Source of the DNA: Burkholderiales bacterium
Lineage (GTDB): Bacteria; Pseudomonadota; Gammaproteobacteria; Burkholderiales; Eutrophovitaceae
Assembly (NCBI GenBank): GCA_035651315.1
Contig: DASRFY010000211.1
Span: forward strand, 148-64,147
Direction: 5' to 3'
DNA length: 64,000 nucleotides
The notes below the pieces were generated by a model, which was not told the DNA's origin, made no database searches, and saw only the letters and a list, made by a program, of their open reading frames with translations. A program made the position numbers and the translations under genes. This document shows positions 28,489-42,395 of the stretch, piece after piece. The stretch's first letter is position 1. Every line of letters begins with the position of its first letter.

Positions 28489-29556
28489 TCAGTCTTCATT
28501 CTCGTTTCTGATCTGGAACTTGAGTTCCTCGGACAGCAGCAGCTGCGCGCCGCTCACCACCACCTCGTCGCCTTCTTTCAGCTCGCCGCCTGCGTCGAAC
28601 CAGCCCCCGGCCAGCTCGCGCGAGGCGGAAATCGAATAGCGCGCGAAGATGTCGTCGTCCGCGCGCACGTACACCCACGGTTTGCCCGCGTGCCAGACCA
28701 CCGCCTCGCTGGGAACGATGACGCCGCGACGCTTGCCCGATCCGGTCCCGACCCGCGCCGCCACGCGCGACCCTACCCGCAGATCGGCGCCGTCGACCAG
28801 GTAAAAGAAGGTCTGCCCGGGCAGCGCGCCTTCTACCTGCGGCGCGTCGGAGACGAAACGGGCCGGCCGCGGTTTTGCCGCGCCGATCACCGGCGCGACC
28901 GAAAACTGCGAGCGGACGACCGTGCGGGGCAGGCCGTACGGAAAGGCGAGCTGGACCAGATGCGCTTCGCGCCGGAGCAGTCGCTGCAGGACCGCGGACT
29001 CGGGTCTGCTCGCCCAGCCCGCGATCGTCGGGCCCCAGGCGGTGCGCAACGTGTCGTATTGCGCCTCCACGTTCGCCTGCGCCGCGGCGGCCTGCGCGGT
29101 CTCGGCGCGATAGCGCGCTTCGGCATTGCGCAGCGCCTGCTCCGACGCGTTGCGCTCGTCGCGATACAGCGCCTGCGTGCGGCGATACTCGGCCTCCGCC
29201 GCCGCCGCGGTGGCGCGCCGCGCCCCCGCCTCGGCCGCCGCGGCCAGATACCGGCCGCGCGCCTCGAGCAGGGGCTGGATGTTGACCACGGTACCGTAGA
29301 CCTCGGTGACGTCGGCGGTTTCCGCGGCGGCGAGCGGCCGCGTGGCGATGCCGCTCGCCTTCTGGCTCTGCACAGACACGCGCACCACAGCCCGCCCGCC
29401 CTCGCTGCCGGCGCCGGAAGGCGTCTCGATGCTCGCCTGGCGCGAACCGGCCGCGGGCCGGATTTCGTCGCGCGCGAAAAACACGAGCGCCCAGGACAGC
29501 GCGGCGATGACAAGTGCCATTGCCGCGATCAGGATCTGCGTCGCGTTCGGCCTCAT
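28489..29556 (-). CDS. Efflux RND periplasmic adaptor (MFP) with N-terminal membrane anchor
   Basis: 355 aa starting MRPNATQILIAAMALVIAALSWALVFF. The ATG at 29554-29556 overlaps the OMP stop (ATGA). Has an Ala-rich coiled-coil hairpin and a C-terminal beta-barrel region. ORF 28489..30762 is a fused over-extension. Confidence 0.8.
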   Translation of the reverse strand: MRPNATQILIAAMALVIAALSWALVFFARDEIRPAAGSRQASIETPSGAGSEGGRAVVRVSVQSQKASGIATRPLAAAETADVTEVYGTVVNIQPLLEARGRYLAAAAEAGARRATAAAAEAEYRRTQALYRDERNASEQALRNAEARYRAETAQAAAAQANVEAQYDTLRTAWGPTIAGWASRPESAVLQRLLRREAHLVQLAFPYGLPRTVVRSQFSVAPVIGAAKPRPARFVSDAPQVEGALPGQTFFYLVDGADLRVGSRVAARVGTGSGKRRGVIVPSEAVVWHAGKPWVYVRADDDIFARYSISASRELAGGWFDAGGELKEGDEVVVSGAQLLLSEELKFQIRNENED

Positions 29557-30965
29557 CTGCCGCCTTCGGAATCCGCGACCGGCGGGAGCGGGCCGAGCGC
29601 GCCCAGAATTGGCCGCTGCAGCGCGTCTTCCAGCGCGGCGATCGCCCGCAGACGCGCGATACCCGCCTCGCGCTCCCGGTCCTGCGCCGCCAGCGCGGAC
29701 AGCCGCGCGGCGGTCAAATCCATGCGATCGGCGCCGCCCGCCGCGAACAGCTTTTCCACGCGCGCGAACTGGGCGCGCGCAAGCTCGGCCTGCCTTGCCG
29801 CCGCCTCGGATACCGCGCGCGCGGATTGCGCGCGCGTGAACGCCTGGCCGGTTTCCCCGATCACGGCGACTTGTTGCGCCTCGAAGACCCGTGCCGCAAG
29901 CTCGCGCCGGGCCTGCGCCTCGCGCACCAGGGCCTGGGCGCGGGATCCGGTCGGGAGAACGATATTCGCGGCGAGCGACCAGACGTTGTCGCCCTGGTCC
30001 CACAGATAGCCCGGCGAGAGGGAAAGCTCCGGATACTGCGATGCCACCGCGAGCTTGACCTCCGCATCGGCGGCGCCGAATTCGAGCAGGCGGCGGCGCA
30101 CGTCGAGACGATTGCGCAGCGCGAGCGCTCGCGCCCGGCTCGGCTCCGTCACCGCATCGGCGGGCGCGAAAGGCTCGTCCGCCACGGCAATGCGTTGCGC
30201 CGTGTCCTGCGGCAGGCCGAGCGCCTGCGCAAGCCGGGACTGGGCTTCCTGCACGCGCGCCCGCTCGAACGCGACGCCGGATTCGACCTCCCCGAGGGCG
30301 AGGTCTTCCTGCCCCAGGTCGCGCGACGACATCGCGCCCAGCTCCACGCGCCGCATCACCAGCGCGCGCATCTGGGCGCGCGCGGCGAGCCTCGCCTCCA
30401 GCGCCGCGAGGCGACGGCGCGCGTCCAGCAGGTCGATCAGGCTGTCGCGTACCCAGGCGCGCGCGCGCCACACCGCTTGCGCGACGTCGAGCTGTGCGGC
30501 CTCGTCGAGCATCGAGGCGCGCTCGGCACGCGCCTCGCGCCGGCCCGTCGTCACCCAGGGCAGTTCCAGCGCGACTCCGACGCTCCACGGCTGCGAAGGC
30601 TCGAGCCCGTTGCTGTGGTGCTCGACAAGTGGCTGCACGCCGAACGGCGGCCGCTGCGCGGCGGTGTTCAGTTCGGCGCGCGCCACCGCCGCCTGACCGC
30701 GGGCGACCCTCACCTCGGTGCTGAAATAGATCGCCGCAAGGGAAAGCTCCTCCAGCCGCCACTGCGCCGGCGGCCAGCTTCCCGCGTAACCGGCGCCGGC
30801 GGCGAACTGCGCGAGACCGGGCGCGGATTCGCTGCGCTCGCCAAAAGCGCGCGCGGAAGCTTCCGCGTCAATGGGCCGGGCCTGGTACGGCACGGGAGCG
30901 CAAGCGCACAGCCCCGCCGCGCACAGCGCGACCAGCCATAGCCCCGGGCGGCGCTCCGAGCACAT
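29553..30965 (-). CDS. Outer-membrane efflux protein (TolC/CusC family lipoprotein)
   Basis: 470 aa. Signal and lipobox-like region LVALCAAGLCAC, with the duplicated OEP repeat structure. Confidence 0.85.
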   Translation of the reverse strand: MCSERRPGLWLVALCAAGLCACAPVPYQARPIDAEASARAFGERSESAPGLAQFAAGAGYAGSWPPAQWRLEELSLAAIYFSTEVRVARGQAAVARAELNTAAQRPPFGVQPLVEHHSNGLEPSQPWSVGVALELPWVTTGRREARAERASMLDEAAQLDVAQAVWRARAWVRDSLIDLLDARRRLAALEARLAARAQMRALVMRRVELGAMSSRDLGQEDLALGEVESGVAFERARVQEAQSRLAQALGLPQDTAQRIAVADEPFAPADAVTEPSRARALALRNRLDVRRRLLEFGAADAEVKLAVASQYPELSLSPGYLWDQGDNVWSLAANIVLPTGSRAQALVREAQARRELAARVFEAQQVAVIGETGQAFTRAQSARAVSEAAARQAELARAQFARVEKLFAAGGADRMDLTAARLSALAAQDREREAGIARLRAIAALEDALQRPILGALGPLPPVADSEGGR

Positions 30966-30974
30966 CGCACAGGC

Positions 30975-32312
30975 TCAATGCAGCTTGACGTGCGGCTCGG
31001 TGCGCCGCGTGATCAGGCGCGCGAGGGTGTCGAGGAAGACCTTGGCGAAGCCATGCAGCGCGTACTCGTGCATCTTGTACAGGGAGAGATACATGAGCTT
31101 GGCAAAATATCCCTCGATCATGAGGCTGCCGCGCGAGATCGCGCCCATCAGGCTGCCCACGGTGCTGTAGGCGCCGAGCGAAACCAGCGAGCCGAAGTCG
31201 CGATAGGTCCAGGGCTTGATCGGCCTGCCCTCGATTGCCGCCGGCAGCCATTTCGCGAGATGACTTGCCTGCTGATGCGCCGCCTGGGCGCGCGGCGGCA
31301 CCGGCGTATCGCGCCCCGGCCAGGGACAGCTCGCGCAGTCACCGATGGCGAAGACGCTCGGGTCGCGCGTGGTCTGCAGAGTCTGCGTCACGACCAACTG
31401 GTTCAGCCGGTTCGTCTCCAGGCCGTCGATGTCCTTGAGAAAATCCGGCGCCTTGATTCCCGCGGCCCATACAACGAGCTCGGCCGGAATCAATTTGCCG
31501 CCTGCCGTGCGCACACCCTCGCCGCTTACCTCGGTCACGCGCTCGCCGGTCAGTACGTCCACTTTCAGTTTCCTGAGCAGCCGCAGGGTGGCCTCCGACA
31601 AACGCTCCGGCAGCGCGGGCAGGATGCGCGCCGCCGCCTCGATGATGGTGAGCTTGAGGTCGCGCTCCGGATCGATGCGGTCCAGGCCGAATGAAACCAG
31701 CTCGCGAATCGTGTTGTGCAGCTCGGCGGACAACTCCACCCCGGTCGCGCCGGCGCCGATGATGGCGACCTGCAGCTGCGCGGCGGTGAGCGGCTCGCTC
31801 TGCGCGTTGGCGCGCAGGCAGGCGTTGAGCAGGCGCGAATGGAACAGCGCCGCCTGCCGTGGCGTGTCCAGCGAAATCGCGTACTTCCCCGCGCCGGGCG
31901 TGCCGAAATCGTTGGTGCGGCTGCCGATCGCGAGCACCAGGGTGTCGTAGCGCACGCTGCGCGCGGGAATCACCTCGCGACCGTCGGCCTCGACGATCGC
32001 GGCAAGCTTCACCTCCCTGCGGGCGCGGTCCAGACCGATCATCTCGCCGAGCTGGAAGTGGAAATGATGCCAGCGCGCCTGCGCGAGATAGTCGAGCTCG
32101 TGGTCGTTGAGATCCATCGAGCCGGCGGCGACCTGATGCAGCAGCGGCTTCCACAGATGGGTGCGGGAGCGATCGACCAGCGTGACAAGCGCCTTCTTCC
32201 TTCGTCCCAGCCTTTCGCCGAGCCGGGTCGCGAGCTCGAGCCCGCCCGCGCCGCCGCCGACGATCACGATCCGGTGCAGCCCCGACCCGTGCGCGTCCGC
32301 CGCCTTGTTCAA
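30975..32312 (-). CDS. ndh: Type II NADH dehydrogenase (NDH-2)
   Basis: RIVIVGGGAGGLELATRLG and HLWKPLLHQVAAGS closely parallel the E. coli Ndh N-terminus. The ORF extends to 32384, but the TTG at 32310-32312 (GAGGGA upstream) gives the canonical N-terminal length. The start is uncertain. Confidence 0.8.
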   Translation of the reverse strand: MNKAADAHGSGLHRIVIVGGGAGGLELATRLGERLGRRKKALVTLVDRSRTHLWKPLLHQVAAGSMDLNDHELDYLAQARWHHFHFQLGEMIGLDRARREVKLAAIVEADGREVIPARSVRYDTLVLAIGSRTNDFGTPGAGKYAISLDTPRQAALFHSRLLNACLRANAQSEPLTAAQLQVAIIGAGATGVELSAELHNTIRELVSFGLDRIDPERDLKLTIIEAAARILPALPERLSEATLRLLRKLKVDVLTGERVTEVSGEGVRTAGGKLIPAELVVWAAGIKAPDFLKDIDGLETNRLNQLVVTQTLQTTRDPSVFAIGDCASCPWPGRDTPVPPRAQAAHQQASHLAKWLPAAIEGRPIKPWTYRDFGSLVSLGAYSTVGSLMGAISRGSLMIEGYFAKLMYLSLYKMHEYALHGFAKVFLDTLARLITRRTEPHVKLH

Positions 32313-32501
32313 TTCGTCCGTCCCTCGAAGCAAAGTGCGAAGGATAGAGGATTGCACGCGCTTTTCCCACCGCCGGGATGGCACTGCACCCGACGAGTGT
32401 TCACGGTGCGCGCGAGGCGACGCGCGAATGCGATCGATCTCGGTCCGGGTCTGCCCGCGATCCTTCGCAAGCCGCGCCCGCTCGATGAAATCTGAGCTTT
32501 C

Positions 32502-34037
32502 CTAGAGCTGCGGATTCAGGCGCTCCAGCCTGGAGTGCAGCTTGTTCAGCGCATTGAGATACGCCTTGGCGGAGGCCACCACGATGTCGGTGTCCGCACC
32601 CTGGCCGTTGACGATGCGGCCTCCCTTGGAAAGCCGCACGCTCACTTCGCCCTGCGAATCCGTGCCGCTGGTGATCGCGTTGACGGAATAGAGCTGCAGG
32701 TCGGCGCCGCTTGCCACGATCGACTCGATCGCCTTGAAGGTCGCGTCCACCGGTCCGCTGCCCCGCGCCTCTGCCTTTTTCTCCTCGCCCGCCTCGGACA
32801 CGACGATGCGCGCCACCGGCGTCTCGCCGGTTTCGGAGTGCGCGAGCAGCGACACAAGCTTGAAGTGCTCCTGCTCCTGGGTAACCGTTTCGTCGGAGAC
32901 GAGCATGACCAGGTCTTCATCGAAGATTTCGTGCTTCTTGTCGGCAAGCTCCTTGAAGCGCATGAACGCGGCGTTCACCGCCTCCTCCGACTCCAGCTCG
33001 ATGCCCAGCTCCCGCAGGCGCTGCTTGAACGCGTTGCGCCCCGAGTGCTTGCCGAGCACGAGCTTGTTGGCGCTCCAACCCACGTCCTCGGCGCGCATGA
33101 TCTCGTAGGTCTCGCGGTGCTTGAGCACGCCGTCCTGATGGATGCCCGACTCGTGCGCGAAGGCGTTGGCGCCGACGATCGCCTTGTTCGGCTGCACCGG
33201 GAAGCCGGTGATCGCCGACACCATCTTCGAGGCCGGCACGATCTGGGTGGCGTCGATGCGGGTGTCGCAGGGGAAGAAGTCCTGGCGCGTGCGCACCGCC
33301 ATCACCACTTCCTCCAAGGAAGCGTTGCCGGCGCGCTCGCCCAGCCCGTTGATGGTGCACTCCACCTGTCGTGCGCCGGCCGTCACGGCGGCGAGCGAGT
33401 TGGCTACCGCGAGCCCCAGGTCGTTATGGCAATGCACCGACCACACCACCTTGTCCGAGTTGCGAATGCGGCTGCGCAGTTCGCGGATCACGCCGGCGAA
33501 CTGCTCCGGCAAGGTGTAGCCGACGGTGTCGGGAATGTTGATAGTCCGCGCGCCAGCGTCGATCACCTTTTCCAGGATCCGGCACAGGAAATCAATCTCC
33601 GATCGCCCCGCGTCCTCGGGGGAGAATTCCACGTCCTCGGCGAGCGACCGGGCCAGCCTGACCGACTTCACCGCCTGCTCGATGACCTGCTCGGGCTGCA
33701 TGCGGAGCTTGCGCTCCATGTGGATCGGCGAGGTCGCGATGAAGGTATGGATGCGGCCCGCGGCCGCCGGCTGTACCGCCTCGCCGGCGCGCCGGATGTC
33801 GCTGTCGGCGGCGCGCGCCAGTGCGCATACGACGCTGTCCTTGACGACCTGCGCCACCGCGCGCACCGACTCGAAGTCGCCATTGCTCGCGGCGGGAAAG
33901 CCCGCCTCGATGACGTCCACGCGCATGCGCTCGAGCTGGCGGGCGATGCGCAGTTTTTCCTCCCTGGTCATCGACGCTCCCGGACTCTGCTCGCCGTCGC
34001 GCATCGTGGTGTCGAATATGATCAAACGCTCTTTCAT
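32502..34037 (-). CDS. leuA: 2-isopropylmalate synthase
   Basis: 511 aa. Has [14 protein letters not shown] and [17 protein letters not shown], plus a C-terminal LeuA dimerisation/regulatory domain. Confidence 0.92.
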   Translation of the reverse strand: MKERLIIFDTTMRDGEQSPGASMTREEKLRIARQLERMRVDVIEAGFPAASNGDFESVRAVAQVVKDSVVCALARAADSDIRRAGEAVQPAAAGRIHTFIATSPIHMERKLRMQPEQVIEQAVKSVRLARSLAEDVEFSPEDAGRSEIDFLCRILEKVIDAGARTINIPDTVGYTLPEQFAGVIRELRSRIRNSDKVVWSVHCHNDLGLAVANSLAAVTAGARQVECTINGLGERAGNASLEEVVMAVRTRQDFFPCDTRIDATQIVPASKMVSAITGFPVQPNKAIVGANAFAHESGIHQDGVLKHRETYEIMRAEDVGWSANKLVLGKHSGRNAFKQRLRELGIELESEEAVNAAFMRFKELADKKHEIFDEDLVMLVSDETVTQEQEHFKLVSLLAHSETGETPVARIVVSEAGEEKKAEARGSGPVDATFKAIESIVASGADLQLYSVNAITSGTDSQGEVSVRLSKGGRIVNGQGADTDIVVASAKAYLNALNKLHSRLERLNPQL

Positions 34038-34290
34038 GTACGGTCTCCGATTGGCTGGACTGGTTCGGCCCCCGAAGAGCGGCGTCCTCGGGGCGCAATT
34101 GCGCCGTCTAGGGCATTTCGGGTTTTCTCAGCAAACCCGACAAACTGTTGGGGGAGTCGAGAGTATTTAGCGCCCGAGGCGCAGCAGCAGGCCTGCCAGC
34201 AGAATGCTGGCATCGAGGAGGTTCTGTTGGCCGTGCTGCTCGAGAAGCATGGAACCGACTATAAGGGCTTTGGCGGCGAGGCGCAAGCGC

Positions 34291-35100
34291 TCAGGACTGG
34301 GGCGACCCCGGTTCCTTGCGCGGCGGGGGCGGCGGCTGCGGACCCTTGCGCCGGAAGGTCTGCAGGACCCACATGACGTAGCCGGAGCCGGCGTAGATCA
34401 AGAACAGAGAGAAGAGCACTTCCGGGAGATTGTCTGCGATCTGCACCAGCGCCACCACGCCGAAGGCGATCAGCACCACCACCCAGAACGGCACACTCTT
34501 GCGGAAATTGACGTCCTTGCCGCTGTAGAACTTGATGCTGCTCACCATGGTGAAACCGGCGAACAGTGTCAGCCCCCAGGCCAGCCAGGGCAGGTCGCGC
34601 CGCGGTATGTCGTAGGCCTCCATTGCCCACACCAGTCCGGCGATCACGCCCGCGGCGGCGGGACTGGGCAGTCCCTGGAAGAAACGCTTGTCGACGGTGC
34701 CGATGTTGGTGTTGAAGCGCGCCAGGCGCAGCGCGGCGCCGGCGCAGTAGACGAAGGCAGCGAACCAGCCCAGCCTGCCCATGCCCTTCAACGCCCATTC
34801 GTAGATCACCAGCGCCGGCGCAGCGCCGAAGGCGACCATGTCGGAGAGCGAGTCGTACTCGGCGCCGAACGCGGACTGGGTGCGCGTCAGCCGCGCCACG
34901 CGGCCGTCGAGCCCGTCGAACACCATCGCAACGAATATGCCCATCGCCGCCAGTTCGAAACGCAGGTTCATCGCCTGCACGATGGCGTAGAACCCCGAGA
35001 ACAGCGCACAGGTGGTGATCGCGTTGGGCAGCCAGTAGATGCCCGGCCGGGCAAGGCCGGTCTTGAGCAGCCATTTCGAGCGGGGTTCGGGATAGTTCAT
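34291..35100 (-). CDS. pssA: CDP-diacylglycerol--serine O-phosphatidyltransferase
   Basis: CDP-alcohol phosphotransferase motif [26 protein letters not shown]. 269 aa, multi-TM. Confidence 0.9.
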   Translation of the reverse strand: MNYPEPRSKWLLKTGLARPGIYWLPNAITTCALFSGFYAIVQAMNLRFELAAMGIFVAMVFDGLDGRVARLTRTQSAFGAEYDSLSDMVAFGAAPALVIYEWALKGMGRLGWFAAFVYCAGAALRLARFNTNIGTVDKRFFQGLPSPAAAGVIAGLVWAMEAYDIPRRDLPWLAWGLTLFAGFTMVSSIKFYSGKDVNFRKSVPFWVVVLIAFGVVALVQIADNLPEVLFSLFLIYAGSGYVMWVLQTFRRKGPQPPPPPRKEPGSPQS

Positions 35101-35756
35101 GCGAGCGAACTACTGGTCACCCGGGCAACGATGGTGCGTCCAGCATACACCTTGTCTCCGACCGAAGCAGCGGCGCGCGCGGCGGGCGGCAGGTAGAGAT
35201 CGACGCGCGAGCCGAAGCGGATGAAGCCGAAGCGCTGGCCGCGCGCGAGCGCGTCCCCCGGCTTGACGTAGCACAGAATGCGCCGCGCGATCAGCCCGGC
35301 GATCTGGACGCAGGTCAGCTCGATGCCGTCGGCGGTGCGGATCAGCAGGGCATTGCGCTCGTTTTCGAGCGAGGCCTTGTCCAGCGCGGCGTTGAGGAAT
35401 GTTCCGGCGTGGTACCAGACCTGTTTCACCTCCCCGTCGACCGGGCTGCGGTTGGAGTGCACGTTGAACACGTTCATGAAGACGCTGATCTTCAGCGCGT
35501 CGCGGCCGGTGTACGGATCGCGCGCCGCGCCCACCATCACGACACGGCCGTCGGCGGGCGCGAGCACGGCGTCGCGATCGGAGGGCGCCTGCCGCGCCGG
35601 ATCGCGGAAGAACTGCAGGATGAAGAGCACGACCAGCCAGAAAGGCAGCGACCACCAGGCGCCGATCGCCGTGACGGCCAGGGCGACGATCGCCGCCGCC
35701 GCCAGGAACGGCCAGCCTTCGCGGGCGATGATCGGGTGGGGGTAGTGGGACCGCAC
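35097..35756 (-). CDS. psd: Phosphatidylserine decarboxylase (short form)
   Basis: 219 aa with the self-cleavage region FGSRVD. The stop overlaps the pssA start. GTG start. Confidence 0.85.
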   Translation of the reverse strand: MRSHYPHPIIAREGWPFLAAAAIVALAVTAIGAWWSLPFWLVVLFILQFFRDPARQAPSDRDAVLAPADGRVVMVGAARDPYTGRDALKISVFMNVFNVHSNRSPVDGEVKQVWYHAGTFLNAALDKASLENERNALLIRTADGIELTCVQIAGLIARRILCYVKPGDALARGQRFGFIRFGSRVDLYLPPAARAAASVGDKVYAGRTIVARVTSSSLA

Positions 35757-35802
35757 TGAGTAAGAAGCGAGGAGGGAGAGGAGGAGCGCTCCTCGCCCCT
35801 CG

Positions 35803-39160
<3,358 letters not shown>

Positions 39161-39200
39161 GGACGCACCTAAGTTGCGAGTTTTGCTGCGAAAACCAGTG

Positions 39201-39229
39201 ACGATACCGACTCGACTCTAGCCGGTCAA
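39201..39229 (-). promoter_or_regulatory. Candidate sigma70 promoter for ilvIHC
   Basis: On the minus strand: TTGACC (39229-39224), a 17-nt spacer, then TATCGT (39206-39201). It lies about 40 nt upstream of the ilvI ATG, which has an AGGTG RBS. Confidence 0.3.
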
Positions 39230-39336
39230 GGCATGGGCCGCAGCGCAGGATATAAAAGTGTAAGCGGTGTGACGCGCACCGGCGCGCATCGAGAAAACTG
39301 CGCAGCGCGCGCGGGGAGGAATACGGCGTCCGCGCG

Positions 39337-40161
39337 CTAGAGCCGGGCGCGCACCCAATCCTTCCAGGCGTCGAACAACTTCGCGTCGCGGGCCGCCAGC
39401 ACCGCACGGTGCCAGAGCTTGTCGGCCCAGAAGTCGTCCGAAGACAGCGTGCCCATCCGCCCTCCCGCCTCCTCGAGGATGAGCGAGCCGGCGGCGTAAT
39501 CCCACAGCTTCTGCCCGCCGTGCAGATACACGTCGAAGCGCCCGGCGGCGACGTAGCACCACTCGAGCGTGCTGGCCCCGAAGTTGCGCTGCGAGGAATA
39601 GGGAGGCGAGGCCGCGAGCGCCTGGGCGAGCCGGGCGGGCAATCGCTTGAAATCCACCTGCGCCATCGCGTTGCGAAGCAGGGGCACCTGCAGCTTGATC
39701 GGCAGCGGTTCGTCGTTCAGATACGCGCCCTGGCCCTTGCGAGCGTGGAACATCTCGTCGGCCACCGGGTCGTAGACCACACCCAATACGCTGCGCCCGC
39801 TTCGCATCAGCGCCACCGACACCGCGAAATACGGCAGCCCGTTGACGAAATTCGAGGTGCCGTCGATCGGATCGACGCACCACAACCCCTCTTCTCCGGC
39901 GATCCAGCGCTCGGCTTGCTGTTCCTGGGTCATTTCCTCGCCTACCACCGGACCGGGATGAATTTGCGGCAGCAACCGCGCCAGTGCGTCCTGGGCGGCG
40001 AGATCCGCCTCGGTGAACAGGCTTCCGTCGGCCTTGCGTCGGTGCGCCACCTTGAGGTAGCGAGGCATGATCTCCTCGGCGGCGACTTTGCGCACCACGG
40101 CCATTACCCGCGTCGCCGTGCCGCTCGCGGCTTTCAGCGTTGCTTCCACTTGATCGAGCAC
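39337..40161 (-). CDS. Inositol monophosphatase family protein
   Basis: WCVDPIDGTSNF metal-binding motif and WDYAAG motif. The start is uncertain: GTG 40161, GTG 40149 or ATG 40104. The first two overlap the upstream gene's 3-prime end. Confidence 0.75.
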   Translation of the reverse strand: MLDQVEATLKAASGTATRVMAVVRKVAAEEIMPRYLKVAHRRKADGSLFTEADLAAQDALARLLPQIHPGPVVGEEMTQEQQAERWIAGEEGLWCVDPIDGTSNFVNGLPYFAVSVALMRSGRSVLGVVYDPVADEMFHARKGQGAYLNDEPLPIKLQVPLLRNAMAQVDFKRLPARLAQALAASPPYSSQRNFGASTLEWCYVAAGRFDVYLHGGQKLWDYAAGSLILEEAGGRMGTLSSDDFWADKLWHRAVLAARDAKLFDAWKDWVRARL

Positions 40162-40685
40162 CCCATGCTCGCAATCTGCTGGGCCGGTCCTTTTCCGGTC
40201 TGCGCGATCTGCACCATCGCCTCGAACAGCTCGCGGCGCGCGCCGGGTAGCGCCGAGGTTCGGGACGCATCGAGGCGGCCGCGATACTGGAGTTCGAGAT
40301 TCTTGTTGAAGCCGAAGAAGTCGGGCGTGCATACCGCTGCGTAGTCGCGCGCCACTTCCTGGGACTCGTCGAACAGATAAGGAAAGGGGTACGAAAATTC
40401 GGCCGCCACCCGTTTCATGTTCTCGAAAGAATCCTCGGGATAGTCGGCAGGGTCGTTGGAGCTGATCGCCGCACAGCCCACGCCGTGCGCGGCGAGTTCC
40501 CTGCAATCGCGGATGATGCGTTCACGCACTGCCTTCACATACGGGCAGTGGTTGCAGATGAACATGACCAGCAGGCCGTTGGAGCCGCGCACTTCCGACA
40601 GCCGGTAGCGCTTGCCATCGGTACCCGGCAGATCGAAGTCTCGCGCCTTCCAGCCGAAGTCGCAGATCGGCGTTTGCGCAGCCAT
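40134..40685 (-). CDS. Thioredoxin-fold (AhpC/TSA-like) thiol-disulfide oxidoreductase
   Basis: 183 aa with a CNHCPYV CxxC motif in a thioredoxin-like fold context. Confidence 0.85.
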   Translation of the reverse strand: MAAQTPICDFGWKARDFDLPGTDGKRYRLSEVRGSNGLLVMFICNHCPYVKAVRERIIRDCRELAAHGVGCAAISSNDPADYPEDSFENMKRVAAEFSYPFPYLFDESQEVARDYAAVCTPDFFGFNKNLELQYRGRLDASRTSALPGARRELFEAMVQIAQTGKGPAQQIASMGCSIKWKQR

Positions 40686-40786
40686 TGCTTACACCTCGGA
40701 AAGCGGGGAGTTGCGCGCCACGCGGCGCGCGCGAAAGCGCGCAGCCGATGCATGACCCGGTCGTCGTCGCATGGCAAAATCTTAAC

Positions 40787-41560
40787 ATGGTTAAGGAGTT
40801 GCAGAAGAAACCGGCGCGGCCGGGCGTGCGCTTCTTCTACCCCGGCAATCTCGGCAGCGGCGCCGAAGTGCGCCTGCCCGCGGATGCCGCGTATCACGCG
40901 GTGCGCGTGCTGCGTCTGTCGGTGGGGGAAACCGTCGTGCTGTTCAATGGCCAGGGCGGGGAATTCGAGGCGCGCATCACCCGAATCGGAAAGGGGGACG
41001 TGTCGGTAAAGACCGGCGCGCAATCGGACCCGCAACGAGAATCGGCCCTGGACCTGATTCTCGCGCAAGGCGTCTCGAGCGGCGATCGCATGGATCTCAC
41101 GCTGCAAAAATCGGTCGAGCTCGGCGTGGCGTCGATCCAGCCGCTCACCACCGAGCGCAGCATCGTGCGACTGTCCGGCGAGCGCGCGGCGCGCCGTGCC
41201 GAGCACTGGCAGAACCTGGTGATTGCCGCGTGCGAGCAGTGCGGGCGTAACCGGGTGCCGCAGGTGGCGCCGCTCATGCGCTACGGGGAGTGGCTGGGCG
41301 CGCTTCCCGGGCAATGTGCGACCGGCGAGTTGCGCCTGCTGCTCGCACCCGAGGCGACGCTGCCGATCAGGGCCCTGCCGAAGTCTGCCTCGCGGGTGAT
41401 CCTACTCGCCGGACCGGAGGGCGGCTTCTCCGCGGCGGAAGCCGGGATGGCCGCCTCGCGCGGATTCGTTGCCGTCAGGCTGGGACCTCGCGTGCTGCGC
41501 ACGGAAACCGCGGCGCTCGCCGCGTTGGCGGCATTCCAGGCGCTGTGGGGCGACTTCTGA
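40787..41560 (+). CDS. rsmE: 16S rRNA (uracil1498-N3)-methyltransferase
   Basis: RFFYPG N-terminus, a PUA-like domain, and the SPOUT C-terminus [10 protein letters not shown]...[16 protein letters not shown]. The start at ATG 40787 is tentative. Confidence 0.8.
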   Translation: MVKELQKKPARPGVRFFYPGNLGSGAEVRLPADAAYHAVRVLRLSVGETVVLFNGQGGEFEARITRIGKGDVSVKTGAQSDPQRESALDLILAQGVSSGDRMDLTLQKSVELGVASIQPLTTERSIVRLSGERAARRAEHWQNLVIAACEQCGRNRVPQVAPLMRYGEWLGALPGQCATGELRLLLAPEATLPIRALPKSASRVILLAGPEGGFSAAEAGMAASRGFVAVRLGPRVLRTETAALAALAAFQALWGDF

Positions 41561-41612
41561 TTGCCGCGCCGCTATACTTCGAACCTTTTCACGCTCGCCT
41601 CGCTCTCCAAAC

Positions 41613-42380
41613 ATGAACCTCAAGAACGGCGTCGTCATCGTCACCGGCGGCGCGTCCGGGCTGGGCGCCGCCACCGTCGAAATGATCGTCGCGGCCGGCG
41701 GCAACGCAATCATCGCGGATCAGTCGCGCGCCGCGGGAGAAGCGCTCGCCGCCAGGCTCGGCGCGCGCGCGCGCTTCGTCGAATGCGACGTCACGAAGGA
41801 AGAGCACGGGCGCGCCGCGGTCGCCGCCGCGCTGACGAACTTCGGCGCCCTGCACGGGCTGGTGAACTGCGCCGGCATCGCGATCGGCGAAAAGACCGTC
41901 GGCAAGGAGGGCCCGCACCGCCTCGACACCTTCGTGCGCGTCCTCAACGTCAATCTGATCGGCACCTTCAACATGATCCGTCTCGCCGCCGACGCGATGT
42001 CGAAACAACCGCCCAACGCGGCCGGCGAGCGCGGCGTGATCGTCAACACCGCATCGGTGGCGGCCTTCGACGGCCAGGTGGGGCAGGCCGCCTACTCCGC
42101 CTCCAAAGGCGGAATCGTCGGCATGACGCTGCCCGTCGCGCGCGACCTGTCGCGCAGCGGCATTCGCGTCATGACCATCGCGCCCGGCATCTTCGAAACA
42201 CCGATGCTCAAGGGCTTGCCGCAGGAGGTGCAGGACTCGCTCGGCATGCAGGTACCCTTCCCCTCGCGCCTCGGGCGCCCCGCCGAATACGCCCAGCTCG
42301 TGCGGAGCATCTTCGAGATCGAGATGCTCAACGGCGAAGTCATCCGCCTCGATGGCGCGATCAGGATGGCGCCGAAGTAA
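41613..42380 (+). CDS. 3-hydroxyacyl-CoA dehydrogenase type II-like SDR
   Basis: Starts [21 protein letters not shown], with [19 protein letters not shown]. 255 aa, HSD17B10/FadB2-like. Confidence 0.85.
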   Translation: MNLKNGVVIVTGGASGLGAATVEMIVAAGGNAIIADQSRAAGEALAARLGARARFVECDVTKEEHGRAAVAAALTNFGALHGLVNCAGIAIGEKTVGKEGPHRLDTFVRVLNVNLIGTFNMIRLAADAMSKQPPNAAGERGVIVNTASVAAFDGQVGQAAYSASKGGIVGMTLPVARDLSRSGIRVMTIAPGIFETPMLKGLPQEVQDSLGMQVPFPSRLGRPAEYAQLVRSIFEIEMLNGEVIRLDGAIRMAPK

Positions 42381-42395
42381 CCGGTCGTTGCGCCC

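Noticed and set aside
39161-39336. Searched the ilvI upstream region for an Ile/Val/Leu-rich leader peptide.
   Set aside because: The only small frame (MRAGARHTAYTFISCAAAHALTG) is not enriched in regulatory codons and has no associated terminator or antiterminator.
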